DNA of 64,000 nucleotides from Candidatus Aminicenantes bacterium (GCA_963770755.1 CAVYQZ010000006.1:91480-155479), one strand, 5' to 3'. Counted from the first letter of the stretch, positions 7,678 through 18,278 are shown. Translations and numbers: made by a program. The notes: generated by a model not told the origin, from the letters alone.

Positions 7678-9021
7678 TCATTCCTTCAGCAACCGGGCGA
7701 CTTTTTCCTCCAGCATTTTCCGGCCCCGCAAATCGAGATAGCGGATGATGCCTTTTTTATCGATCAGGAACGCGGCCGGTATGGCGGAAACATTAAAAGT
7801 CTTGGCATTGGCACCTTGGGCGTCGCCTCTGTCAAAGATCTGCTTCCAGCTTATCTTGTTCTCGACGACAAAGGCGTTGGCCTTCCGGGCATCGTTGTCC
7901 AGGCTCACCCCCAGCACCGCGAACCCCGAGGCATGGAACGCCTGGAAGACGCCGATGACATGGGCCATTTCCTCACGGCAGGGCTTGCACCAGGAAGCCC
8001 AGAAATCGATCAGCAGGACCTTACCGAGATATTCGCCGGAGTTGTAATTTTTCCCATCCAGATATTTCCCTTTGAGGGCCGGGGCCGGCTCGCCGACCAC
8101 GAGAGTGCCGGGAGAAAATTCTTTCTGCAAGGCGACGTATCCGGGCTCGCGGTACAGGTGTTCGCCGAATTCCTCAGCAAAGAAAACAGAGAGGTTTTTT
8201 GGCTGCGGCAGGTCCTTGTATTCCAAAAGCATCTTCAGAGCTTCCCGGGCCTTTCCGGCCGCGGCAAGGAGCTTGGCCTGGAAATAAACGAGTTCGGGCT
8301 TGTCATCCGGCGCCATGGTTTTCTTTGCCTTTGCGAGGTGTTTTTCGGCTTGCGCATAATCGCGGCAGCGCAGCGAGAGGCTGACTTTTTCTCGATCCTT
8401 GAGCTTGTCCGCATAGCGGGCCATGAATGACTTCAGGTGTTCGGCGGCCAGCGCGAAATCCCGCTTGAACATGAAGTAATTGAACAGATCCAGGAAATCG
8501 TTGTGATCGCCCAGTTCGCTGGAGATGGAAGTGGAAACGATCGAAATGGTGACAACCTTCTCGTTCTCCAATGAATCCACGATCAACCGTTCGCCCTTGT
8601 CGTTCATTTCCACATAGTCCTGTAAGCCATCAAAATTCTCATTGAAATCAAAGCCGAAGTCCTTTTTCAGCCAGGCGACTATTTTGGCCGTGAGCTCGGC
8701 GCGGGCGGGTTTTTCCAGTTTTTTGCTCCACCACAATATTCGGAAAAGCCTGTCGCCTTGTTCGCCGAAATAGAACCAGGTGCTTCCACCCGCAAGCAGC
8801 GGCGGGTTGAAGGGCAGCTTTTCGGCCAGGTAGTAAGGGCCGAAGCCAAACTTGCTTTTTCCGGCATAGGTAAGGGCAATGTCTTGCCGGCGTACTTCAA
8901 ATTGGGACAGGCCCAGACGCAGTCCGGAAGAGCTTTGCCCCGCGATCATCGCGGGTACGGCTGCCATGATCGCAACCGCCACCGCCAATGCCGCCAGGAA
9001 ACTCAGGATGATTTTTTTCAT
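7678..9021 (-). CDS. TlpA/ResA-like periplasmic thiol:disulfide oxidoreductase with a long N-terminal domain
   Basis: The C-terminal thioredoxin fold contains LIDFWASWCKPCREE (CxxC). Signal peptide MKKIILSFLAALAVAVAIMAA starts at ATG 9021. Confidence 0.8.
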   Translation of the reverse strand: MKKIILSFLAALAVAVAIMAAVPAMIAGQSSSGLRLGLSQFEVRRQDIALTYAGKSKFGFGPYYLAEKLPFNPPLLAGGSTWFYFGEQGDRLFRILWWSKKLEKPARAELTAKIVAWLKKDFGFDFNENFDGLQDYVEMNDKGERLIVDSLENEKVVTISIVSTSISSELGDHNDFLDLFNYFMFKRDFALAAEHLKSFMARYADKLKDREKVSLSLRCRDYAQAEKHLAKAKKTMAPDDKPELVYFQAKLLAAAGKAREALKMLLEYKDLPQPKNLSVFFAEEFGEHLYREPGYVALQKEFSPGTLVVGEPAPALKGKYLDGKNYNSGEYLGKVLLIDFWASWCKPCREEMAHVIGVFQAFHASGFAVLGVSLDNDARKANAFVVENKISWKQIFDRGDAQGANAKTFNVSAIPAAFLIDKKGIIRYLDLRGRKMLEEKVARLLKE

Positions 9022-9213
9022 GTCATTCCCCCGATCGACCCGCAAATAATTTGCATCCAGCGGCTGAATTTATGCATGCGTTTTTAGCATCGGCAGACTG
9101 TGTATTACTAACATTATCCCCGGATCGTTTTTCGTGGCGCAGTTCGCCATTGCCGACACCTCGCTCAGCAGGTCCCTTGCCTGATCTCTTTGAACTCCTG
9201 CATGTTTAAAAAA

Positions 9214-9234
9214 CTTGCCGGGGTTAAGCGGGTT
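9214..9234. repeat. direct repeat copy A (decayed duplicate of the glcD-like 3' end)
   Basis: CTTGCCGGGGTTAAGCGGGTT matches 10022-10042 (CTTGCCGGGGTTGAGCAGATT) at 18 of 21 positions. The RC encodes ..NPLNPGKFF, versus the glcD-like C-terminus ..NLLNPGKMF*. Confidence 0.7.
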
Positions 9235-9557
9235 CAGGCGGCAAAGCCGATCAGCGGCAGGCCTTTTTTGATTTCCGGAATCAGGGGCATATATTCTTTT
9301 TCGAGATCCCCGGGCGAGAAGGAAATCGGAGCCAAACGGGGATCGACTTTCACGGCAATTTTCCAAAGGCTCATGTTCTGTTCCGATTCATCCATAGCGA
9401 ACGGACGACAAATAACCGCGATATCAATATCACTCCATTCGTGAGCCGATCCCTTGAATTGGGATCCAAAAAGAAAGGCTTCGCTAATTTGAATTCCCTG
9501 TTTCTTAACCTCATGGAGAAATTTCAGGGCGATATCTATAATTTCTTTTTCAACCAT
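9234..9557 (-). CDS. nucleotidyltransferase-domain protein (MNT-type antitoxin partner)
   Basis: 107 aa. FLFGSQFKGSAHEWSDIDIAVI is the GS..(D/E).D minimal nucleotidyltransferase motif. It overlaps the HEPN ORF by 22 nt. Confidence 0.8.
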   Translation of the reverse strand: MVEKEIIDIALKFLHEVKKQGIQISEAFLFGSQFKGSAHEWSDIDIAVICRPFAMDESEQNMSLWKIAVKVDPRLAPISFSPGDLEKEYMPLIPEIKKGLPLIGFAA

Positions 9558-9931
9558 TGAAATACTTCCTTGATTTCCGCAAGTTTTTTTTGAGTGAAAG
9601 AACGGTCGAATTTTTTGTGAACCATTTCCAGATCCCCTGGATATCTTCCCTCAAGGTAAAACTCCATGAATTCCGCCAGTTTTTCCAAATGCGAAGGATC
9701 AATATTTAAACCTGATTTTTGAGCGAGAAGCGGCAGCGAATGGGTAATCGGGGCATGCTCGGATGTAAATTTAACAAAAATCGCCTTCAAAATTTTTTCA
9801 AGACTAAGATGCCCGAAAAACAATGAATAATGATATTTGCACTTTTCCAGCAACACATCGGCGACACCCAGGTCATATTCGGCGGAGTTCTGCCAATATT
9901 CAATTGCTTTTTTTACCTGCTCCGCGTCCAT
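9536..9931 (-). CDS. HEPN-domain protein (toxin partner of the MNT)
   Basis: 131 aa, all-helical, with a ...LEGRYPGD... motif typical of HEPN proteins paired with minimal nucleotidyltransferases. The region is AT-rich. Confidence 0.75.
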   Translation of the reverse strand: MDAEQVKKAIEYWQNSAEYDLGVADVLLEKCKYHYSLFFGHLSLEKILKAIFVKFTSEHAPITHSLPLLAQKSGLNIDPSHLEKLAEFMEFYLEGRYPGDLEMVHKKFDRSFTQKKLAEIKEVFQWLKKKL

Positions 9932-10012
9932 AATTTTATTATAACCTTACGGCAAATCAAATTCAATGTTTCAGATAAAAAACAAATATCTTGGTGAATA
10001 ATACTATAAGTT

Positions 10013-11386
10013 TCAAAACATCTTGCCGGGGTTGAGCAGATTTAAAGGATCAAAGACCTTTTTGATGTCGCGAAACAGCTGCATTTCCAGCGGGCAGAAC
10101 TGGTAATGCATGAAGGGCTTCTTGCTCAAGCCGATGCCGTGCTCGCCCGAAATGGTGCCGCCCAGCTCGACCACCTGCTTGAATATCTTGTCCAGGACCA
10201 GCTCGGCCCTTTCCATTTCATTTTTGTCCGCGGGGTCGACCATCAGGTTGGTGTGGATGTTGCCGTCGCCGAAATGGCCGAAGAGGACGATGCACAAATT
10301 GTGTTCATCAGCCAGCTTTTCGATGTAGGAAACCATTTCGGGGATCAGGGCCGCGGGCACGACGATGTCCTCGTTGATCTTTTTGGGTTTCAGCTTGGCG
10401 ATGGCCGGCGAAATATTGCGCCGCGTCTGCCAAAGAACTTCCTGCTCTTGGCAAGTGACTGCCATGGCCCAATCGACCTGTCGTGAAGCGCCAATGATCG
10501 TTCGCAAAAGGGCTTCCTTTTCGGCAACTTGGGCCGGACTGCCGTCGATTTCGATCAAAACCGCTGCGCCCACGTTCTCAGCCAGGGTCATTTGCTGATA
10601 GGCATAGACGGCTTGCAGCGACCGCTTGTCCATGAATTCGAGCACCGCCGGCTCAATTTGACCATGGATGACCTTTTGCACAAACTGCGCCCCGGCGCTG
10701 AGGCTGGAAAAATCGACGCGAAAAAGTCGGCGTTGCGGCGGTAGCGGCAGCAAACGTAAAATCACCTTGCTGATGACGGCCAGGGTGCCCTCGGAACCGA
10801 TCAGTAACGCTTTCAGGTCGTAGCCGGCCACGTTCTTGATGGTATGCGCGCCCAGGCGGATTTTTTCGCCGTTGATCAAAAAAGCCTCGAGGCCCAGGAC
10901 GTAGTTGCCGGTCACACCGTATTTGAAGCAGCGCGGCCCACCGGCGTTCTCGGCCACGTTGCCGCCGATGGTCGATGTTTTCAAGCTGGCCGGGTCGGGC
11001 GGGTAAAAAAGCCCCTTTTTTTCAGCCGCGGCCTGCAGATCGGCCGTGATCACCCCGGGTTCGACCTCGGCCAGGAAGTTTTCCGCGTCCAGCCGCAGGA
11101 TGCGGTTCATGCGCGTGAAGACCAGCACGATGCCGCCCTGGACGGCCAGGGCACCGCCGCTGTAGCCCACGCCGGCCCCGCGCGGCACCAGTGGGACGCG
11201 ATGGGCATGACAGATGCGCAGCACCGCGGCGATGTCGTCGTCATGTTCCGGGAACACGACCGCGTCGGGCCAGTACTCCGCGGCCAGGGCGTCGTAGGAA
11301 TATGCCAGCCGGTATTCCCGGTCGGCAAACACCTTGTTGTGGCCCAGGGCCGCCGCCAGCTCGCGCAACACTTTTTTTTCGATCAT
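10013..11386 (-). CDS. FAD-linked oxidase, glycolate oxidase subunit GlcD-like
   Basis: 457 aa. FAD-binding PCMH region VVFPEHDDDIAAVLRICHAHRVPLVPRGAGVGYSGGA and C-terminal GEHGIGLSKK...DPLNLLNPGKMF. Confidence 0.85.
   Translation of the reverse strand: MIEKKVLRELAAALGHNKVFADREYRLAYSYDALAAEYWPDAVVFPEHDDDIAAVLRICHAHRVPLVPRGAGVGYSGGALAVQGGIVLVFTRMNRILRLDAENFLAEVEPGVITADLQAAAEKKGLFYPPDPASLKTSTIGGNVAENAGGPRCFKYGVTGNYVLGLEAFLINGEKIRLGAHTIKNVAGYDLKALLIGSEGTLAVISKVILRLLPLPPQRRLFRVDFSSLSAGAQFVQKVIHGQIEPAVLEFMDKRSLQAVYAYQQMTLAENVGAAVLIEIDGSPAQVAEKEALLRTIIGASRQVDWAMAVTCQEQEVLWQTRRNISPAIAKLKPKKINEDIVVPAALIPEMVSYIEKLADEHNLCIVLFGHFGDGNIHTNLMVDPADKNEMERAELVLDKIFKQVVELGGTISGEHGIGLSKKPFMHYQFCPLEMQLFRDIKKVFDPLNLLNPGKMF
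10022..10042. repeat. direct repeat copy B (inside the last codons of the glcD-like gene)
   Basis: See copy A at 9214-9234. Confidence 0.7.
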
Positions 11387-11467
11387 TGTGCTTTTTTGCT
11401 TTTTGCAGACCGATTATAGTTGAAGTGCCGAAAACCGTCAAATACGTGCTCATGGCGCTCGCGGCTA

Positions 11468-11496
11468 TTGATTTTTACGCGGCCGTGGAGTAAAAT
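11468..11496 (+). promoter_or_regulatory. sigma70-like promoter at the dnaJ start (TTGATT-17-TAAAAT)
   Basis: -35 at 11468-11473 and -10 at 11491-11496. ATG 11504 is 7 nt after the -10, with no SD. Confidence 0.5.
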
Positions 11497-11503
11497 TTTT
11501 CCA

Positions 11504-12616
11504 ATGAAAGATTTCTATCAAATCCTGGGCGTCAATAAAAACACCAGCATTGCCGACATAAAAAAAGCCTACCGCAAGCTGGCCCGCAAATACCATCCCG
11601 ACCTGAATCCCGGCGACAAGGCGTCCGAACAACGGTTCAAGGAGATCAACGAGGCCCACGAAACCCTCAAGGACCCCGATAAAAAAAAACAGTACGACCT
11701 GTACGGTTCCCTGGGAGCGCGCGGCGGCCCCGGCGGCAGCGGGCGGCAAAGCGGCAATTTCGAAGGTTTTGATTTCAGCAACCCTGGCAACAGTTCGTTC
11801 GGCGATATCTTTGAGACCATATTCGGAAATGCCGCCGGCCAGCGTGCATCGGCCGGCCGCAGGGGCCCGAGCCCCGAGCCCGGAGAAGACCTCAATTATT
11901 CCATCAACCTGAATTTCATGGACGCGGCCAACGGCATTGAAACGCCCATCCAGATCAGCCACAGGCAAACCTGTACGACGTGCCGCGGCAAGGGCGTGGA
12001 TTCGTCTTCCGCACAAACCACGTGCCCGGTCTGCCACGGCCAGGGGCGGGTCCAGAAACAGACCGGTTTCATGAAATTCGGCTCGGTCTGTCCCCATTGC
12101 GGCGGCAGCGGAATTCTGCCGGGAAATCCCTGCCGGGCCTGCGGCGGCGAAGGCCGTACTGAAAAAATCGCCCGCATGCGCGTTAAAATTCCCGCCGGCG
12201 TGGACAATGAATCCAAGGTGCGCATCCCCGGCAAGGGCAATGCCGGACGTAACGGCGGGCCCGATGGCGACCTGATCATCACCATCCACGTCAGCCCGCA
12301 TAAAATCTTCCGGCGCAACGGCCTGGACCTGGAAATGTCCCTGCCGGTCACCTATGCCGAAGCGGCCCTGGGCGGCAAGGTCGAGATACCGACGCTGAAC
12401 GGCAGTTCCCTGTTCAAGATCCCCCCGGGCACCCTCTCGGGACAGAAGCTGCGCCTGAAGGGCAAGGGCATTATCAATGCCAAAACCAGGAGCGAAGGCG
12501 ACCTGTACGTGGAAATCAAGATCGTGCCCCCGTCCACCAAGGACCTGAAAGTGCGTGAACTGCTCAAGGAGATAGAAAAGATAGCGCCGTACAACCCGCG
12601 CGAGGACTGGCTGTGA
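11504..12616 (+). CDS. dnaJ: molecular chaperone DnaJ (J domain, G-rich linker, four CxxCxGxG zinc motifs)
   Basis: MKDFYQILGVNKNTSIADIKKAYRKLARKYHPDLNP (HPD). Zinc motifs CTTCRGKG, CPVCHGQG, CPHCGGSG and CRACGGEG. Confidence 0.9.
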   Translation: MKDFYQILGVNKNTSIADIKKAYRKLARKYHPDLNPGDKASEQRFKEINEAHETLKDPDKKKQYDLYGSLGARGGPGGSGRQSGNFEGFDFSNPGNSSFGDIFETIFGNAAGQRASAGRRGPSPEPGEDLNYSINLNFMDAANGIETPIQISHRQTCTTCRGKGVDSSSAQTTCPVCHGQGRVQKQTGFMKFGSVCPHCGGSGILPGNPCRACGGEGRTEKIARMRVKIPAGVDNESKVRIPGKGNAGRNGGPDGDLIITIHVSPHKIFRRNGLDLEMSLPVTYAEAALGGKVEIPTLNGSSLFKIPPGTLSGQKLRLKGKGIINAKTRSEGDLYVEIKIVPPSTKDLKVRELLKEIEKIAPYNPREDWL

Positions 12617-13005
12617 TGAAGGAAAAGACCTATTTCATTTCGGCGGTGGCCAGCAAATACAACATCCATCCTCAGACCCTGCGACTGTATGAAAGGGAGG
12701 GGTTGCTCATCCCCTCGCGCAGCAAGGGCAATACCCGCATGTTCAGCGAAGCGGACTTGAAAAAACTGGAATTCATCCTGAACCTGACCCGCGAAATGGG
12801 CGTCAACCTGGCGGGGATTGAAATCATCACCAATATGAAAAACAAAATGGAGAAAATGCAGGAGGAATTCACGTTGTTCCTGGAAGAGCTGAAAAAGGAA
12901 TTCTTTGTCGGCAAGGAAGAACTGTTCGAGCAGAAGAAAATATCCCTGGTCAAGTTTCAGTCGCCGTCCATGGCTTTATTCAAGGATGATAAAAAGAAAA
13001 AATAG
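12613..13005 (+). CDS. hspR: MerR-family heat-shock repressor HspR
   Basis: YFISAVASKYNIHPQTLRLYEREGLLIPSRSKGNTRMFSEADLKKLEFILNLTREMGVNLAGIE matches the HspR HTH pattern. The start (GTG 12613 or ATG 12616) overlaps the dnaJ stop. Confidence 0.8.
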   Translation: MMKEKTYFISAVASKYNIHPQTLRLYEREGLLIPSRSKGNTRMFSEADLKKLEFILNLTREMGVNLAGIEIITNMKNKMEKMQEEFTLFLEELKKEFFVGKEELFEQKKISLVKFQSPSMALFKDDKKKK

Positions 13006-13834
13006 CGAATCGCTTGATTCGCTCAATCTTTATTTCCAGCGACTGAAAAAAATACAGATTTTAACCGCGGCCGAAGAAAAGGAATTGATCGCCAAAGCCA
13101 AAGGCGGCGACGAAGAGGCCTTCCGTACCATCATCATCGCCAGCCAGCGCCTGGTGGTCAAAGAAGCGTTGAAATACTATTTTAAAGGCGACAACCTGCT
13201 CGATCTGATCAATGAAGGCAACAAGGGCCTGATCGAGGCCTTGAAGAAATTCGATTTGCAGCGCGAAAATCGTTTTTTTACCTATGCCATGTGGTGGGTG
13301 CGCAGCGAGATCCGGCGCTACCTGTCCAAGAACCAGAACCTGATTTCCCTGCCCGATATTTTTTATAACGATTATCTGAATTTCAAGAAAGTGTATTCCA
13401 TCTTGAGCAAGAAATTTAAAAGAAATCCCAGCGAAAAAGAGCTGGCCGATTACCTGCAAATACCGGAAAAAAAAGTCAGGGTGCTGTTGGCCGTTCCCGA
13501 CGAGATCATTTCACTGGACAAGGGCATCAGCGACGACAACTCGACCAACCTGTCGTACTTCCTGCCCGACAACTCCATCGAGGATCCGCTGGATATATTG
13601 ATCGGCAATTCCATCAAGGACCTGGTACGCGAAAACATCCAGCAGCTCACCGGCAAGGAATCGGATATCATCCGCATGCGTTTCGGGTTCCAGGGGAGCG
13701 AACCCATGAAGCTGAGGGAAATCGCCAAAAAGTTAGAGATGAGCCCGGAAGGCGTCCGCCGCATCGAAATGAAAGCCCTGGCCAAGTTGAAGAGCCACTT
13801 GTCCAAACAGGGCGTATACGGAGCATTGAATTGA
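12986..13834 (+). CDS. sigma-70 family RNA polymerase sigma factor (regions 2-4, non-ECF)
   Basis: Region 2 reads LLDLINEGNKGLIEALKKFDLQRENRFFTYAMWWVRSEIRRYL. Region 4 reads ESDIIRMRFGF..MKLREIAKKLEMSPEGVRRIEMKALAKLK. ATG 12986 is chosen within ORF 12905-13834. Confidence 0.8.
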   Translation: MIKRKNSESLDSLNLYFQRLKKIQILTAAEEKELIAKAKGGDEEAFRTIIIASQRLVVKEALKYYFKGDNLLDLINEGNKGLIEALKKFDLQRENRFFTYAMWWVRSEIRRYLSKNQNLISLPDIFYNDYLNFKKVYSILSKKFKRNPSEKELADYLQIPEKKVRVLLAVPDEIISLDKGISDDNSTNLSYFLPDNSIEDPLDILIGNSIKDLVRENIQQLTGKESDIIRMRFGFQGSEPMKLREIAKKLEMSPEGVRRIEMKALAKLKSHLSKQGVYGALN

Positions 13835-14549
13835 AGGAAGCACACTGCAAGATCTGTCAGGACAGCGGCTGGATCCTGGTCAATGTTCAGGGCCGGGAAA
13901 TCGCCCGCCCCTGCCAATGCCGCCAGAACGAGGTCCGGCTGCTCAAGGTCGACCATGCCAATATTCCGTTGCGTTTTGTCGGCACCGAGTTGAAAAGTTA
14001 TTTTCCGGACAAGGAAAATCCATCCCAGGCCAAGGCCAAAAAAAAGAGCGCCAAATTCATCGCTGATTACCCGGCGGTGGGTGGCGGCCTGCTTTTTCAG
14101 GGTGCTACCGGTGTGGGCAAAACACGCCTGCTGTGCTCCATTGGCAATCAGCTGATCAAGGAAAAAGGCAGCGAGGTGATCTATATCGACTGGAACGACC
14201 TGGCCCGGGAAATGAAATCGGGTGAAGACGCCGCCAGCCGGGACTTCGCCAACATCTCCCAGCTGATCCGGCGGCTGGCCCGGGTCGAACTGCTGTTGTT
14301 CGACGAGCTGGGTGCCTCCCGCCCCAGTCCCTGGGTTGAGGACAACATCTATTACCTGATCAACCGCCGTTACAACGACAACCTGGTGACCCTTTTTGCC
14401 AGCAATTATTTCGACAGCAAGATCGGCAGTGAAGAAACCCTGAGTGAGCGCATCGGCGTCCGCATCCGCAGCCGTCTTTTTGAAATGGCCGGCAGCATCG
14501 AAATAAGGGGTTCGGATTACCGGCACAAGTATTACCATACGGAGGACTC

Positions 14550-14553
<4 letters not shown>
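13831..14553 (+). CDS. DnaC/IstB-like AAA+ ATPase with an N-terminal Cys4 motif
   Basis: CKICQDSGW...CQC, Walker A GATGVGKT, Walker B LLLFDELG. The TTG start overlaps the sigma stop (TTGA 13831-13834). Confidence 0.75.
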
Positions 14554-15539
<986 letters not shown>

Positions 15540-15546
15540 GCGGCCG

Positions 15547-15972
15547 ATGTTGAAGGTCAAAATTAATAAAAAGGTCAACCCGGAAAGATCCAACAAGATG
15601 ATCTACGCGGTCGCGGCCGGACTGGGAATCGTGTTGATCGTTTTTTTCAGCCTGACCATGGGCCGCGGCGGCGCCGGCAAATTGCCGGCCGACACCCTGG
15701 CCTATTTAAAGGGCACCGAGGGCCTGGTCGATATCCGCATCATGGACGTCGAAAAAAAAGCCTTGATCGTGTATAACAGCGATTCCAAGAATGCCGGCAA
15801 CTTCGAGAAGATCGCCTATTACGCCGCCATGCGCCTGTCCCGGCACTGGCCCGACTGCCGGGTACTGCTGGCCAGGAACCGGGCGGAGCAGGTCGTTTAT
15901 GAAGTCCGGGTTAAAAACGGCGCCGTTGCCGGCGCCGGCGCAGTCACAGGCGGAAACGATTTCAAGCAGTAA
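15547..15972 (+). CDS. small membrane-anchored protein, unknown function
   Basis: 141-aa ORF 7 nt after moxR with one TM helix (IYAVAAGLGIVLIVFFSL). ATG 15598 is an alternative start. Confidence 0.5.
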   Translation: MLKVKINKKVNPERSNKMIYAVAAGLGIVLIVFFSLTMGRGGAGKLPADTLAYLKGTEGLVDIRIMDVEKKALIVYNSDSKNAGNFEKIAYYAAMRLSRHWPDCRVLLARNRAEQVVYEVRVKNGAVAGAGAVTGGNDFKQ

Positions 15973-16000
15973 GCCTGTCCATTCGCTCACCCGAATTTGG

Positions 16001-17536
16001 TCATACCCATAACGCGATCCGGAACACGGCGATTCCCAAACGACGGCGGTCGTTGTTGTGAAAGAGTTCATCGGGGACAAAGGTTGGTGTATCGATTTCA
16101 ATGCGATAAAGCCGCGAGTAGACAAAATCAAAGGCAGCGGTAAAACTTTCCTGCTTTTCCGGACAGCTAAAAAACCGACCGGAAAATTCGGATTTGAAAG
16201 AGTCCGCTTTCGGATCATAAGACGAAATGCCGAGCGTAAATGGAGTTGCTTCTTGAAAGTGCGACAAAAAGTCAACCTGGATCCGGGAAAAATCACGCCG
16301 GGCCAGGACATAGGCCCGCGCTTGGCCGCTGGTCCAGCGCCCGCCGATCCCGGCCAGATCGTTTTCATATCCCTCGAATCCCTGGCTGAATTTGTCAACC
16401 GGCTGCATTTTTTTCCGGCTCGGCCGGGTTGAAAAGACAAACACGTTGCCCTTGCAGCGCCGGCATACAGGCTGGATCATAGCGTTGCCGAGGAGTTGCC
16501 GACGGTCCTGAGAAGACAGCAGTTCTTCTAACTGCCGGTCACGGAGGCTGCCCAGCTTCATCTCGGCTTCGTAGTCCAGACAGCAGAAAATTAGTCGGCC
16601 ATCGGCCAGCAGGCCGAGATTGCCGGCCATTGGGCAGGCCAAAGGCGCAGTCCGTTCCTCGACCAGCAGCCGGCTCTCTCTGGGAAGCATGCCCTCCAGA
16701 AAACGACGATCGCGGTTCCAGGGTTCAAGAGACTTGAATTGCAGAAGGACGTTGGGTAGAAACATGTAGCCCCAGAAATCCTCTCCTTTCAAGTGGTGGA
16801 ATCGCTCCGGCAGCGATTGGCGGGTAATGGCCAGCCGGTCGGGAATGTGCTCACGGTACTTGATCAGCGTCACATCTCGTTCGATTGCCACCGCCTCGGG
16901 ATATTTCGCCGAGACGGTAGTGGCGAATCGATCCGCCTTGGTCAGCAAACTATTGACCCATCGGCTTTCCGCTCTTTCGTTGCGAAAATTCCCCCAGAAC
17001 TTCAGGTCAAAATCGGACTGGATGGTCGGATCGTTTCTGACCACCCAATTGGATGAAACATGCAGCTCGAGCCGGGTTTGGCTATTCAGGCGGAATTTAT
17101 TCTCGATCACCCTCCAAGGTATGCTGAAATAGTCCTTAAACCGCATCCGGTTGTAACCGCGCATACGGAAGGCGCGGCGGTTCGGCGTCTGCAAGCTGAG
17201 GGCCAGTGTCAGGTTGGCGTAACGCAACAGCCGGGAAACGATCTCCATGTCCTCCAGCAGGGTCATGTTGGTGATCAAGGTGACCGGCAGGCCGTATTCT
17301 TCCAGAAGGTCCAGATAGCGGAAGATCTCTTTGTTGAGCAGCGGTTCGCCCATCACGTTGAGCAACACCGGCGCGCTGATGCCCAGCTCGCGGATCTGGC
17401 GTAGGAAATTCTGAAAAACCGCGTCGTCCAGGTGCTTTTTGGGCCGAACAAGCAGGTCCGATGGGCAGAACGAACAGTGCATGTTGCAGTGTGAGGTGAG
17501 CTCGATAAACAGGACTCCGGGTTGAACAGCTTCCAT
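16001..17536 (-). CDS. radical SAM enzyme with a SPASM-like Cys cluster and a 135-aa C-terminal extension
   Basis: CNMHCSFCP (CxxxCxxC) near the N-terminus. Later CPMAGNLGLLADGRLIFCC...CRRCKG. The tail ends ...DRRRLGIAVFRIALWV. Confidence 0.8.
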   Translation of the reverse strand: MEAVQPGVLFIELTSHCNMHCSFCPSDLLVRPKKHLDDAVFQNFLRQIRELGISAPVLLNVMGEPLLNKEIFRYLDLLEEYGLPVTLITNMTLLEDMEIVSRLLRYANLTLALSLQTPNRRAFRMRGYNRMRFKDYFSIPWRVIENKFRLNSQTRLELHVSSNWVVRNDPTIQSDFDLKFWGNFRNERAESRWVNSLLTKADRFATTVSAKYPEAVAIERDVTLIKYREHIPDRLAITRQSLPERFHHLKGEDFWGYMFLPNVLLQFKSLEPWNRDRRFLEGMLPRESRLLVEERTAPLACPMAGNLGLLADGRLIFCCLDYEAEMKLGSLRDRQLEELLSSQDRRQLLGNAMIQPVCRRCKGNVFVFSTRPSRKKMQPVDKFSQGFEGYENDLAGIGGRWTSGQARAYVLARRDFSRIQVDFLSHFQEATPFTLGISSYDPKADSFKSEFSGRFFSCPEKQESFTAAFDFVYSRLYRIEIDTPTFVPDELFHNNDRRRLGIAVFRIALWV

Positions 17537-17637
17537 TTTTTTCCTTTTTTATTTATTATTTTAAATCTAACATTTTCGCTCACACGGCGCGTTTACGCGA
17601 TCGGATGCAGCGGCGTTGTTAAGCATTTCTTTTTATC

Positions 17638-18144
17638 TTAAAAGGTTTTTGTGTCGATAATTTGACCATCAATGTCTAGAATTCTTTTATTCAATTCTTT
17701 GATAATCATTTCTGGTTTCTTGTTAAATGTACTATGTGCATCAGAAATAAGCGTTATATTATATCCTTTCTCTTTTGCATCTTCACAGGCTAGTTTGACA
17801 CAACCATTTGTTATCAGGCCACATATATATAAATTTTGTAAGTGGTCTTGTTTTAAGATTTTATCAAGATTTGTATCCTCAAAAATACTGGGGTGGGATT
17901 TATAAATCATTGTTTCAGATTTATTGGGTTTTATTTCATTTACGATTTCCCAGTCAGCAGTATTCCTTTTCAGGAATGTTTTGTTTTCATGCTGAGTGAA
18001 TATTATTGAAATTCCTTTTTCTCGAGCTTTTTTAAGAATTGTTTGTAGGTTCTTGATTAATACTTCTTGATTAAAAACAGGTTGTTTAAGACTGAAAATG
18101 CCATTTTGAACATCAATTAGAATTAAACAGCTTTGGTTATTCAT
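17638..18144 (-). CDS. isochorismatase-family cysteine hydrolase
   Basis: MNNQSCLILIDVQNGIF... and the catalytic-Cys region LYICGLITNGCV. The ORF is open up to 18231, so the start is uncertain (ATG 18144, 18162 or 18183). Confidence 0.75.
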   Translation of the reverse strand: MNNQSCLILIDVQNGIFSLKQPVFNQEVLIKNLQTILKKAREKGISIIFTQHENKTFLKRNTADWEIVNEIKPNKSETMIYKSHPSIFEDTNLDKILKQDHLQNLYICGLITNGCVKLACEDAKEKGYNITLISDAHSTFNKKPEMIIKELNKRILDIDGQIIDTKTF

Positions 18145-18278
18145 TTTTTCTCTAATATGCATAACATGTACATCACTTTCCATGCAGACTGTCTTTTTTA
18201 AGGCTACCGGCCCTGGCCTTGCAAATAGCAAAACAAAACCAAAAAAAGCCAGCGCACATGGTAAAGTGAATGTTTTTG

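Noticed and set aside
11420-11441. TTGAAGT-GCCGAAA-ACCGTCAA upstream of dnaJ as an HspR operator (HAIR consensus CTTGAGT-N7-ACTCAAG).
   Set aside because: Both half-sites need an insertion to align with HAIR, and the site lies 27 nt upstream of the -35 rather than over the promoter. The match is too degenerate to call without binding data.
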